Positions 46,563 to 56,172 of a stretch of DNA of 64,000 nt are shown here, piece after piece. This DNA is from Candidatus Thorarchaeota archaeon. GTDB taxonomy: Archaea > Asgardarchaeota > Thorarchaeia > Thorarchaeales > Thorarchaeaceae. The notes beneath the pieces are model-generated. The model was given only the letters and a program-made list of their open reading frames with translations, did not search any database and had not been told where the DNA came from. The stretch spans positions 12,699-76,698 of the forward strand of contig SOKL01000115.1 in NCBI GenBank assembly GCA_004376265.1, written 5' to 3'. Both the position numbers and the translations under genes were made by a program. Every line of letters begins with the position of its first letter. The stretch's first letter is position 1.

Positions 46563-49500
46563 TTGGTTCACATTGAGAAGCTTGTATGCAAGGGCTTCAA
46601 ATCGTTCGGACGAGATTCAGTCAGTATTAAGCTCAATGAGGGATTCACCTGTATTGTAGGTCCCAATGGGTCAGGTAAATCGAATGTTGTTGACGCAATC
46701 CTATTTGTCCTGGGTCAGCTCAGTGCTAAGACTCTAAGGGCCACTGTCTTCTCAGACCTTCTATACTCACCGCCCAAGCCACACATGCCACCTAAGGCAA
46801 AATCTGCGGTTGTAGAGCTTCACTTTAACAACAAGGACCGCGAGTTACAGATTGATGCAGACCGTGTAGTGATTGAGAGGCAGTTAGATGACACTGGAAA
46901 ATCAGTGTGTCGAATCAATGGAAAGGTTGTTACTCGAACTGCAGTTCTTGATGTATTAGGCGCTATTGGAGTGGATCCGAACGGCTACAATCTTGTCCTC
47001 CAGGGTGAGATTGCCCAGATGGTCAAAGTCAATCCAAACGAACGTCGAAAGCTGGTTGAAGAGATTGCAGGTATTTCTGCTTATGATGAACAAAAAGATC
47101 GTGCTATGAAAAAACTCTCTGAAAGCGAAGTGAATCTGGGCAAAGTGGACATGCAGCTGCAGGAACGTCGTCGACAGTTGGAAAAACTTGATGAAGAGAT
47201 GTCTGATGCACGGCGTTACCAAAATCTCAATGACCAGATAAGAAAATACAGAATCGATATTCTTGCTTGGAGTACTATCAAAGGGAAATCGAGAATTGAA
47301 ACCATCAACGAAACACTTGCGCTCAGAGCGGAAGAGGCGGAGAGTCTGGTCAAGGAATTCGTCGAGGTAGAGAATGGCATTACTACAACAGACACTGAGA
47401 TTGAAAAAATAGACCATGATATTGACGAGATCACTGGAGGTGACTCAACCCGAATATCTGAGCAATATGGTGTCGTGTCTGCAGCAGTCAATCATGTGAA
47501 AGGTGACCTTGAAAGGGCACAAGAAGAGTTTGATAGAGCATCAGAAGAACGTAAATCTCTTAGTGAAGAACTTGAAACTACTCAAGATGAGATCAGCCAC
47601 AATGAGCAAGTGATGAAGGAGAAGAACAGCGAACTTACCGACCTAGAGAAAGAGATTGCTGGCACCGCAGCTCAAGTAATTCGGTTAGAAGACCTGTCTG
47701 AGAAGTCACAAGCAGCTTATTATGAAACAACTCTTAGACTTCAGGACCTGAACAACCAAATGCGTCACCTAGACGAAGGGGTTTCAGAGACCAGGTCAAC
47801 GATAAAATCAGATAACAGAGAATTAGGACTTGCGTATGAGGAAGTGCGAGATGCCACTGAGAGCCGTCAGACTACAGATAACGAGATTGCAGAGTTAAAG
47901 GAAAGTATTCCCGAAAAGAAATCTGAGTTCGAACAGTCTGAGGACCTTGAAAAGACAAAGCAGGCTGACATTGACAGCCTAACAAAACAACTCTCCACTG
48001 TGGATGCTGAAGTCACTGAAAGCGCTAAGATTGTCTCTCAGACAAGAGAAGAACTCATCAAAGTGCAAGCCCGGCAAGATGCCCTGAAGGAGGCGGAAGA
48101 TGCGTTTCTAAAGAGGCGCCGTGCGATTGCGATGGTCTTGAAACTAAGAGATTCTGATGTCATCAGTGGGATTCACGGGACTGTGGCTGAGCTTGGGACT
48201 ATTGACCCAGACTATTCAGTGGCACTGGAGATTGCTGGAGGAAACAGACTTTCTCACATTGTTGTTGAAAACGAACAAGTTGCAACTGAATGTGTGCAAG
48301 TATTGAAGACGGAAAAAGTTGGAAGAGCTTCTTTCATTCCTCTTGATAAGATTAAGACACACCCGCCCGGCAAGTTACCTAAGGATGACGGGGTTATTGA
48401 TTTTGCTCTGAATCTGGTCAAATTTGAACCAAAGATGCGTCCGGCCTTTGAATTCGTGTTCTCGAACACCATTATCACCGAGGATTTTGATACCGCAAAA
48501 CGTCAGGGATTCAGCGGACAGAGAGCAGTTTCTCTTGATGGAGACCTGGTTGAGCGTTCGGGATTAATGACAGGAGGTTATTTCCAAAAGGCTGCTGTGG
48601 GACTATCTCTTCAGGTTAAAGATACTAGCCCTCAGATTAGTGAGCGCCTTCAGGGGCTTGAGGATATACTTACTGACCTACGGGATAAACAGACTTCACT
48701 TCGTAAAGAAAAGAGCGCTAATGAAAAGGAAGTCCAAGAACTCGAAAAGACAAACTATCGTTTCCAAATGGAACTGAATAGACTTGAAGAACGTTTAGAA
48801 GAACAAGAATCAAAATCGGAACTATTGAGAGAGAGAATAGACAAGGCTAACCTTACGATTAATGAATTAGAAGCTCAAGTCAAGGAACTTCAAGAGCGAG
48901 ATGATGAACTCAGTGTTCAACGTGAAAGAGTACGAGCTCAGAGAGATGATGCCAATCAAGCCTTAGTCTCTACCGATGCCAACAAACTCAATCAAGAGAT
49001 TAAAGACCTGAAAGAAGTTCAAGAACAATATCAAAAGCAAAGAGAGAAACTACAGAGCGAGATTAGCTCTCTACGTGTGGCTCTAGATGAAAGACTTGGA
49101 CCAAAGGCAATTGATTCGGAAGCCAAGATTCATTCCCAAGATTCAATAATCCCAGGTCTTGAAGAAGAACAAAAACGACTACAGATGGGACTCTCAGAGA
49201 GAGAGGCTGAGTTTGAGAAACTCAAAGAAGAGAGAGAGCAAATTGATGATGCGGTGAAGGACAAACGTGTCCGTCAATTAGAATTGAAGGAGGAACTTCG
49301 AAACTTTAGGTTGAGACATGAGGAGATTCGAGAGGCACAGACCTCTAATGAGAAAGCAGTGTACCGTCTTCAGACGGAACAGAACCGGCTTGAAACTGAA
49401 ATTGTTGCATTTGTAGCTGAGTTGAATACCGTAGCAAACACTCAGGAAGCTCTTGAGGAGAAGGAAGATCAGCGCGAGCTCACCTACAAGGAAATCGAGG

Positions 49501-50153
49501 AGTTGGAAGAGAAGATCAAAGAGGTTGAGCGTGAACTCGAGGCCATGGGTCCAGTAAACCTCAAGTCGCTCACTGACTATGACATGGAGAAAGACAAGTA
49601 CGAGGAGATTGTTGACAAAAAGACTCGGCTTGAGAATGAACGCAATGAGATTCTCGTTTTCATGGAGGAATTAGAAGCAGAAAAGACTCAGAAGTTCCTG
49701 ACGGTCTACAACGAGATTGCAGACAATTTCTCTAAGGTATTCGGGCAACTCTCACCGGGTGGTGAGGCAACCCTATTGCTCGAGAACCCTGAGCATCCTT
49801 TGATGGGTGGGATTACTGTGAGATCTAAACCGCAAGGAAAAGAGCTTGTCACTTTGGATGCAATGAGTGGTGGAGAGAAGACAATCACTGGTCTAGCTCT
49901 CATCTTTGCCATTCAGATGTACAGTCCAGCAAGCTTCTACATATTCGATGAGATTGATGCGGCTCTTGACAATGTCAACGCTCACAATGTTGCCCTACTC
50001 ATATCAAAGATGTCAAAGAACTCGCAGTTCGTTGTTGTATCATTGAGAGATACAACAGTTCGAAAAGCTGACTTGTTGGTGGGAGTGTCGAATCAGGATG
50101 GTATCTCAAGGATTGTTGCAGTTGATTTGAAGGAGGTTGCGGCACCATCATGA
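46563..50153 (+). CDS. smc: chromosome segregation protein SMC
   Basis: N-terminal KGFKSFG..GPNGSGKSN, a long coiled coil with a hinge, and a C-terminal signature MSGGEKT plus Walker B YIFDEIDAALD. TTG start. Confidence 0.95.
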   Translation: MVHIEKLVCKGFKSFGRDSVSIKLNEGFTCIVGPNGSGKSNVVDAILFVLGQLSAKTLRATVFSDLLYSPPKPHMPPKAKSAVVELHFNNKDRELQIDADRVVIERQLDDTGKSVCRINGKVVTRTAVLDVLGAIGVDPNGYNLVLQGEIAQMVKVNPNERRKLVEEIAGISAYDEQKDRAMKKLSESEVNLGKVDMQLQERRRQLEKLDEEMSDARRYQNLNDQIRKYRIDILAWSTIKGKSRIETINETLALRAEEAESLVKEFVEVENGITTTDTEIEKIDHDIDEITGGDSTRISEQYGVVSAAVNHVKGDLERAQEEFDRASEERKSLSEELETTQDEISHNEQVMKEKNSELTDLEKEIAGTAAQVIRLEDLSEKSQAAYYETTLRLQDLNNQMRHLDEGVSETRSTIKSDNRELGLAYEEVRDATESRQTTDNEIAELKESIPEKKSEFEQSEDLEKTKQADIDSLTKQLSTVDAEVTESAKIVSQTREELIKVQARQDALKEAEDAFLKRRRAIAMVLKLRDSDVISGIHGTVAELGTIDPDYSVALEIAGGNRLSHIVVENEQVATECVQVLKTEKVGRASFIPLDKIKTHPPGKLPKDDGVIDFALNLVKFEPKMRPAFEFVFSNTIITEDFDTAKRQGFSGQRAVSLDGDLVERSGLMTGGYFQKAAVGLSLQVKDTSPQISERLQGLEDILTDLRDKQTSLRKEKSANEKEVQELEKTNYRFQMELNRLEERLEEQESKSELLRERIDKANLTINELEAQVKELQERDDELSVQRERVRAQRDDANQALVSTDANKLNQEIKDLKEVQEQYQKQREKLQSEISSLRVALDERLGPKAIDSEAKIHSQDSIIPGLEEEQKRLQMGLSEREAEFEKLKEEREQIDDAVKDKRVRQLELKEELRNFRLRHEEIREAQTSNEKAVYRLQTEQNRLETEIVAFVAELNTVANTQEALEEKEDQRELTYKEIEELEEKIKEVERELEAMGPVNLKSLTDYDMEKDKYEEIVDKKTRLENERNEILVFMEELEAEKTQKFLTVYNEIADNFSKVFGQLSPGGEATLLLENPEHPLMGGITVRSKPQGKELVTLDAMSGGEKTITGLALIFAIQMYSPASFYIFDEIDAALDNVNAHNVALLISKMSKNSQFVVVSLRDTTVRKADLLVGVSNQDGISRIVAVDLKEVAAPS

Positions 50154-50872
50154 TGGATGACAACTCACCCTTCTGGGCAACTCCACCATACATTCTTCTC
50201 ACAGATGTCCTACAACTGGATAAGGTTGAGCCTTGGAACGTAGATGTTGGCAAACTTGTCGGTAAATTCCTAGACGAGATGAAAAGACTGGGGGATATTG
50301 ACTTCCGCATATCTGGGAACGCATTATACTCTGCTTCTGTGATATTCATGAGGAAGACCAGAGAACTTGTACAACTCGGACTCTTGCCACCTGAGGAGAT
50401 TGAGGATGATGGAGAACTGGAAATTCCACTCATTCGCCCACCTTTCAGATTGACCAACAGACGGATAACATTAGAAGAACTACTCATTGCCATGGACCAT
50501 GTCCTAAGCAAGGGAGATAGACGTCGTTCCACTCCGACAAAACGGAAGTACAAATCAAAGGCAGATCCACTGACATTTCAGATGAATGTTGACCAAGCTA
50601 ACATCGAGGAAACAATTGCAGCCGTTTATGATGACATTTGTAGAATCATGAAGATAGGTGAAGCGACCAAGTTCGTAGATATACTGATGACCAATACACG
50701 ACAAGAGATCGTACGTGTGTTCTTCTCACTACTGTTTCTTTTTGAACGGGCATACATAGATATCTGGATGGATGAGGAGAGTGTCATCTGGGTGAAGCTC
50801 TTAGACCAGCCTGAGATTACAAAGGATGATGAATCATCCGAAGAGCAAATACAACCAGAAATCAAGACATAG
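50150..50872 (+). CDS. scpA: segregation and condensation protein A (kleisin)
   Basis: There is an ATGA overlap with the smc stop. ..VEPWNVDVGKLVGKFLDEMK.. is ScpA-like, and the size fits. Confidence 0.85.
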   Translation: MMDDNSPFWATPPYILLTDVLQLDKVEPWNVDVGKLVGKFLDEMKRLGDIDFRISGNALYSASVIFMRKTRELVQLGLLPPEEIEDDGELEIPLIRPPFRLTNRRITLEELLIAMDHVLSKGDRRRSTPTKRKYKSKADPLTFQMNVDQANIEETIAAVYDDICRIMKIGEATKFVDILMTNTRQEIVRVFFSLLFLFERAYIDIWMDEESVIWVKLLDQPEITKDDESSEEQIQPEIKT

Positions 50873-50882
50873 GGTGATCTGA

Positions 50883-51437
50883 TTGGATGAAGACATGATA
50901 ACTCTAGAAGCCGCACTCTATGTGTCTGGAAGAGCCCTAACCCTGGATGAACTGTCGAATATCATTGGGAAATCACAATCTACTGTCCAGAAATTACTGG
51001 ATGACCTTAGTTTCGAGTATAACCAGAAAGGTGGTGCTCTTGAGGTAGTCGCCTTGCCCAAGGACCGATATGTTTTGCAGCTCAAACCAGAATTAACTCC
51101 TAGAGTTGGCAAACTAATACCAGGTGGTCTTCTATCCTTTGCATCTCTTCAGACTCTGGTGTTCATCGCACTAAAACAACCAATCATACAGTCAGAACTA
51201 GTTGCACAACGTGGAACCCACTCTTACGATCATATCAGAGATATTGTCGAGAAAAAATTTGTTGACGCTATTCCCGAAGGTCGTTCAAAATTGCTAACAA
51301 CGACCAAGCTCTTTGCAGACTACTTTGGTCTAGACAGCGATCGCATCAAACTCAAAGCTCAACTCAAATTCAAAATGAAGAAGATACTTGATGATCAGCG
51401 TGAGTTTGAAGAAACTGCTGGCATAACTCATGGTTAG
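50883..51437 (+). CDS. scpB: segregation and condensation protein B
   Basis: LEAALYVSGRALTLDELSNI... and ..LVFIALKQPIIQSELVAQRG form the tandem wHTH typical of ScpB. The start is TTG 50883 or ATG 50895. Confidence 0.85.
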   Translation: MDEDMITLEAALYVSGRALTLDELSNIIGKSQSTVQKLLDDLSFEYNQKGGALEVVALPKDRYVLQLKPELTPRVGKLIPGGLLSFASLQTLVFIALKQPIIQSELVAQRGTHSYDHIRDIVEKKFVDAIPEGRSKLLTTTKLFADYFGLDSDRIKLKAQLKFKMKKILDDQREFEETAGITHG

Positions 51438-51453
51438 AATACCGAACACTCTG

Positions 51454-52467
51454 TCAGCAGACCCGTGGTATCGGTTCACCGTATGGAACTTGGATGATTT
51501 TACGACCACCGATTGTTGTTTTCATGATGACTCGCGCTTTTCCCTTGTGAACCTTGCCAACTACCTGAGCATCCTTTGTGGTTTTGTGTTTGGCTAGTGC
51601 ACCAAGCAAGTCCTCAGTCTTATCTGAATCTGTAGTCATAACGACAGTGCCTTCACAACTCATATGTAACGGGTCAAGTCCAAGTACACTGCATAGAGAT
51701 TGAACGGCAGAACGAACTGGTAACAGTTCTTCCTGAAGTTCGAACTCGAGTCCTGATTTTGATGCGATCTCATTAAGCGTCGCTGCAGTTCCCCCTCTTG
51801 TAGGATCTTTAATCGCATTTACTCCACCTACATCAAGACAATCACGGATGGGTTCCCAAAGAGGTGCCACATCACTAGTTAAATCGGTCTCGAATTTAAG
51901 ACCCTCTCGATGGGCCAACAGAGATGTACCATGATCACCAATAGGTCCTGAGAAGATAATATCATCTCCAGGTTTAGCCCCACTGTCCGCTATTGGGTGG
52001 TCGAGGTAGGGCACTCCTATGCCAGTTGTAGACATGATAATTCCATCTAGAGTTCCTGGAGGCATGACCTTTGTATCACCAGCAATCATTGCCACTCCAA
52101 GAGGCTCTATAATGCTGTTCAGGGACTTGAGGATTGTCCGCAGAGTATTGATTTCAACGCCTTCTTCTATGATGACTGTGTTTGTCATTGCCACGGGCTT
52201 AGCTCCCATGACTGCTAGATCATTGACGGTGCCGCAAGCTGTCAGAATGCCAAGGTCGCCACCCGGGAAGAAAACGGGGTGTATTGTATGAGCATCTGTG
52301 CAGACAATCAGATTGGCTTCAGCGGTGTGAAACGTTGCACCATCATCCATCTCGTCTAATCCAATTTCTCCAATCTTTCTATGACTGAAAGAGGGAATCA
52401 CTACTTCTTCCAGCAGACGTTGCATAATCTTGCCACCAGCACCATGAGCAGACTCAATCTTAGTCAT
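51454..52467 (-). CDS. hypE: hydrogenase maturation protein HypE
   Basis: The N-terminus AHGAGG shows the AIR-synthase-like fold. The characteristic C-terminal PRVC is present. Confidence 0.93.
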   Translation of the reverse strand: MTKIESAHGAGGKIMQRLLEEVVIPSFSHRKIGEIGLDEMDDGATFHTAEANLIVCTDAHTIHPVFFPGGDLGILTACGTVNDLAVMGAKPVAMTNTVIIEEGVEINTLRTILKSLNSIIEPLGVAMIAGDTKVMPPGTLDGIIMSTTGIGVPYLDHPIADSGAKPGDDIIFSGPIGDHGTSLLAHREGLKFETDLTSDVAPLWEPIRDCLDVGGVNAIKDPTRGGTAATLNEIASKSGLEFELQEELLPVRSAVQSLCSVLGLDPLHMSCEGTVVMTTDSDKTEDLLGALAKHKTTKDAQVVGKVHKGKARVIMKTTIGGRKIIQVPYGEPIPRVC

Positions 52468-52616
52468 ATGTCATCCTCCGGTTGTGTCGTATTTTGGAGA
52501 ACCCTTCGAAGTATTTGAAGAGGCCTCTTCGTACATCAGCAGGAAATTAGCCACTAAGTAAGACTTAAAACAAATCCACATTGAGCGTCATTGACTGAAC
52601 CAAGAGGTAGTCAGAA

Positions 52617-52994
52617 ATGGGTATCTGGCATAGAAGATCAACACGTACATCCACTGGCGCTCGATTGAGACAACTAAGGAGTAAGAGAAAACATCAGATG
52701 GGGCGTGATCCTACTGAAACCCTAATGGGTGAACCAAAGAGGATTACAATAGATAGTAGACGCAAGGCAAAGAAGACTCCAGCCCTACGACTCACTCAGG
52801 TCAATGTCACAGATCCAGCAAAGAATGTGACTTCCCGTGCTGAACTTCAAGATGTTGAGAAAAACCCTGCAAACATGGACTATCAACGTAGAAAGGTCAT
52901 CACTCGAGGTACTATTATCAAGACTTCAAAGGGTCGCGCTAGGGTAACCAGCAGACCTGGTCAAGATGGTATTCTCAATGCGGTTCTAATCTAG
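52617..52994 (+). CDS. rps8e: 30S ribosomal protein eS8
   Basis: MGIWHRRSTRTSTGARL...KRKHQMGRDPTET is the S8e N-terminus. Confidence 0.92.
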   Translation: MGIWHRRSTRTSTGARLRQLRSKRKHQMGRDPTETLMGEPKRITIDSRRKAKKTPALRLTQVNVTDPAKNVTSRAELQDVEKNPANMDYQRRKVITRGTIIKTSKGRARVTSRPGQDGILNAVLI

Positions 52995-53021
52995 ACTACC
53001 AATTTTGAAACAGTAGTTCTC

Positions 53022-53417
53022 TTAACCCGCAGTGGATTTTGAAACTTCAGCCTCAATGCTTGTTATCACAAAGTCTTTGCCGCCTGCGATTTTCGTGGAA
53101 CTCCCTCCACATTGTGGACACTTCATTGGCGCAAATACTGCAACTTGAGCGGGAATATCAGGATTGACCTTTGATTCACCTTCAAAGCCGCAGTCATCGC
53201 ATTTCAGACGTCCCTTGATTGTCTTTATTTTCAACTCAGCGTCCTCCAACACAGAGTTCTTACGCGCAATCTCGAAATTGAAAACAAGTTGTTCGGGCAC
53301 TAGGAAGGTGAACTCTCCAACTTCAACATGGACAACAGAAACCTTCGTGGCATTGTTGTTCTTCGCAGCTTCAATAGCTGTATCAACTATCGAACATGCA
53401 GCTGAGAATTCGTGCAA
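53022..53417 (-). CDS. hypA: hydrogenase nickel-insertion protein HypA
   Basis: (M)HEFSAA..., with zinc site CDDC...CPQCG. The second of two tandem TTG codons gives the canonical MHE N-terminus. Confidence 0.9.
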   Translation of the reverse strand: MHEFSAACSIVDTAIEAAKNNNATKVSVVHVEVGEFTFLVPEQLVFNFEIARKNSVLEDAELKIKTIKGRLKCDDCGFEGESKVNPDIPAQVAVFAPMKCPQCGGSSTKIAGGKDFVITSIEAEVSKSTAG

Positions 53418-53547
53418 CAAGTACCACCTGGACAGATGAGGATTGATTCTTGTTAAGGCATTTCCGTTGTGGTAGCGTGTTCAGACTCTTTATATGATTC
53501 AGTATCCTTTGCAGTAATATTCTGTTACGAAATGAGAGGGAGCTGAC

Positions 53548-54168
53548 TTGTCAAAGAGTGCAAAGGCTTCGAAGAAGAAAGGAACAACAAAGAGGACTAC
53601 CTCAACAAAGCCCAAACCCAAGAAGAAAACAGGAGCCAAAGCTAAGAAAACTACAAAGAAAGTACCAACGAAGAAGAAGACATCAGCTAAAAAGACCGGA
53701 AAGAAGACCCCGACAAAGAAATCTACAACAAGAAAGAAAAAGAAACCTCCCAAGAAGAAGGCTCGCAAAGCACCTTCAAAGAAGATTGTTAGCGACAATA
53801 TCGCAATGCTGAAGGAATTAGAAATCGAGATTAAAAGTGATGATGTGCAGGTCAGTCTTGGAGCAATAGAACGATTAGGTTTGCTAAATCACCCACAAGC
53901 CACTCGGGTTTTGATAGGAGCATTATCGGATTCGCGATACATGATAAGGATTCATGCAGCAGCACAGCTTGGAGAACGGCAAGATAAGAAATCAGTTGAT
54001 GCGTTGATAGCTTCTTTCAGCGATGATTCTATTTTTGTTAGACAAACAGTAGCAGGTGCACTTGAGAATATTGGAGGGGCAAAAGCAAAGAAAGCAGTGA
54101 CTCAAGCAGAGAAAGATGGAATTCTTCTTGATGAGCTTCCTGAAGGCAGAAGATTGATTGAACGATGA
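53548..54168 (+). CDS. Lys/Thr-rich basic tail fused to HEAT (PBS-lyase-type) repeats
   Basis: The first 90 or so residues are KKxT/KKTxKK low-complexity sequence. The C-terminal half (LIGALSDSRYMIRIHAAAQLG.., LIASFSDDSIFVRQTVAGALENIG) is HEAT_PBS-like. TTG start with GAGGG upstream. Confidence 0.7.
   Translation: MSKSAKASKKKGTTKRTTSTKPKPKKKTGAKAKKTTKKVPTKKKTSAKKTGKKTPTKKSTTRKKKKPPKKKARKAPSKKIVSDNIAMLKELEIEIKSDDVQVSLGAIERLGLLNHPQATRVLIGALSDSRYMIRIHAAAQLGERQDKKSVDALIASFSDDSIFVRQTVAGALENIGGAKAKKAVTQAEKDGILLDELPEGRRLIER
53560..53800. repeat. AAG/AAA/ACA-rich low-complexity tract (encodes the Lys-rich tail)
   Basis: Purine-rich near-periodic sequence. It leaves ORFs open in a second + frame and on the - strand. 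Confidence 0.7.
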
Positions 54169-54261
54169 TAGTTAAAATCAATCGATTTTTGGTATTCAAC
54201 AACGCTCTGCTTATATTGAAAGATGTCTGGCATCAGATGAATATCATGGAGAGATACTATT

Positions 54262-54807
54262 TTGAATGATTCCAATGACGAGATTTCTACAATCGAGTCA
54301 AAGATTAAGGATCTTGACCTGGATTATATGCGAGGTTTGGTTTCTGTAGAAGAATACACCAGACAGATTACTGATTTGACGAACCTGCTGGAGCGAGCTG
54401 GTGGTTCAACAGAAGATGTTTCGTCGGTTCATAAAGTCCAATCAACAGAACTACAAACGACTGAACTTGAACCTCCTCCATCTCAGAAACAGGTAACAGT
54501 TGATCCTGTAACAGCAGTAAAGAGAACTGTCGAGGGAATGCGCCGACTTGCATTAGAAAAGATTGCACAAGAATCAGGCATATCGACAATAAATGTGACC
54601 AAGATTCTAAATGATCTTCTTGATGGTCGAGAACTATCTGGAAGAATTGATCACGATATGGGTGACTTCATCCTTGGAACTGGAACTGGTCCAGCCCCAA
54701 AGACTATCGCTGTATGTCCCTTCTGCAGGAACGATCTCAAACGCATAGCAGTAAAAGGGGAAACTGTTACCTGTAGTATGTGTAGAGAATCGTTCATCAT
54801 ATCTTGA
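54262..54807 (+). CDS. hypothetical protein: N-terminal helix, linker, PCI-like winged helix, C-terminal zinc ribbon
   Basis: LEKIAQESGISTINVTKILNDLLDGRELSGRIDHDMGDFIL is wH-like. CPFC-x14-CSMC is present at the C-terminus. TTG start. Confidence 0.6.
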   Translation: MNDSNDEISTIESKIKDLDLDYMRGLVSVEEYTRQITDLTNLLERAGGSTEDVSSVHKVQSTELQTTELEPPPSQKQVTVDPVTAVKRTVEGMRRLALEKIAQESGISTINVTKILNDLLDGRELSGRIDHDMGDFILGTGTGPAPKTIAVCPFCRNDLKRIAVKGETVTCSMCRESFIIS

Positions 54808-54822
54808 TGTTCTGAAAGAGGA

Positions 54823-56100
54823 ATGCCCATGGACTTCTTTCAGGCATGTCTGAAAGCAGACGGTCGCGCAGCTGTCAATGCTATCAGGAAAATGGTTTCG
54901 TCAGCCCGCCCATCAGCAATTTGGGCAGTCTTGATGCACGGTGCTGCATGGCACGAACAACGTACGTATGATACACCCCATTCGACCATTGTTGTCAATT
55001 CGATTCACAGAATGATTGAGGACCTAGGTAATCATCCTGGTTTATCACCAAACACCTCATCCGATTCAATCAAAACCCAACTCGAAGAAGAGCGAAGAAT
55101 GGAACTGCAGGAATTACTAGTTCAGCGTTTAGCCTTTCATCTTACTGACATCGACCATTGGGCTCCAGAGAAAGGTCCACGATATAATGTGAACAAAGGA
55201 ATAGATTCGCCAGATAATGCACTTCGTAGATTCACGACTTCACTGAGGCAGAAAAGTGATGTTGGAGCTTGGGAAGCATCGGTCATTCTAACAACAAAAG
55301 AAGATCCTGTGAGGTTAAGACGTGTCGTTGCCTCACTCACAGCTGAGGAGCCAGACAAATTAGGGCATGGCTACATTATGCCATATTCCCTCATAGCAGA
55401 ACTCCCAAATGCAGAATATACTCGACCACATATTGCTGTACTTTGGCACTTGATGGAATATCTTGTGAGGAAAGTCCCTTCTAAAACTCCAGACGCGTTC
55501 TTGAAAGATGATAAGTTATCGAAACTGGTTAAGCCCACTGATTTGACACAATTCAGAGATGTCTTTTTGAATTCTATTGTGAACTTCGGTCTTCTTGGGC
55601 ATAATGCGATATTCGCACATCGAATCGCAGAGTCCAACGATCAAGGATTATTGACGAAAGATAATGTTGAATGGCTTGTTGGTAAACTGAAACAGAATAT
55701 TGGTAGTCCCATACTGCCTAAGGAAAAAATAACTCTCGATAGTATAATTCAGAAGAAATTTGAAAGTGATTGGGGTCAAGAAATAGTCGCCATTCGACTC
55801 CCTCAAACGAAGAGTGTTGAGGAGTGGCTCTCCAGAGAATTATCAGGACTCTGGACCAAGATGATACACGCAAAACCAGATGAGTTTGAAATGGCCATCA
55901 CAAGTTTCAACGATGATGATTGGTCACTCGTAAGAACGTTCCAATATCTCATGTCAACTCTTCTTGGAAATCCTAGTTCTACTCACGTGATAATCTTCAC
56001 ACAATCAGTCTGGAATCTTGTGGAACGTGGGTTAGTTCCTCAAGACTTGGCAACTCTCCAAGTTCATAGAATGCTTCGTAAATATCTCTATGATTGGTGA
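54823..56100 (+). CDS. hypothetical protein
   Basis: 425-codon ORF. ATG preceded by AGAGGA, 15 nt after the previous gene. No family was recognised. Confidence 0.6.
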   Translation: MPMDFFQACLKADGRAAVNAIRKMVSSARPSAIWAVLMHGAAWHEQRTYDTPHSTIVVNSIHRMIEDLGNHPGLSPNTSSDSIKTQLEEERRMELQELLVQRLAFHLTDIDHWAPEKGPRYNVNKGIDSPDNALRRFTTSLRQKSDVGAWEASVILTTKEDPVRLRRVVASLTAEEPDKLGHGYIMPYSLIAELPNAEYTRPHIAVLWHLMEYLVRKVPSKTPDAFLKDDKLSKLVKPTDLTQFRDVFLNSIVNFGLLGHNAIFAHRIAESNDQGLLTKDNVEWLVGKLKQNIGSPILPKEKITLDSIIQKKFESDWGQEIVAIRLPQTKSVEEWLSRELSGLWTKMIHAKPDEFEMAITSFNDDDWSLVRTFQYLMSTLLGNPSSTHVIIFTQSVWNLVERGLVPQDLATLQVHRMLRKYLYDW

Positions 56101-56172
56101 TTCACGACTTTTTCAGCATGAAGAAATGGTTGTTAAATTGATAGAGAGAGGGAGAAACCCTCTCGATTGAAC

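Noticed and set aside
52517-52530. A perfect 14-bp palindrome GAAGAGGCCTCTTC between the divergent hypE and rps8e genes.
   Set aside because: A few such 7+7 palindromes are expected by chance in 64 kb. There is no second copy and no obvious link to a regulator.
53499-53812. A 99-aa ORF on the - strand and an 84-aa ORF in a second + frame over the Lys-rich tract.
   Set aside because: These are artefacts of the purine-rich low-complexity DNA, which lacks stops in several frames. Only the frame continuing into the HEAT repeats is credible.
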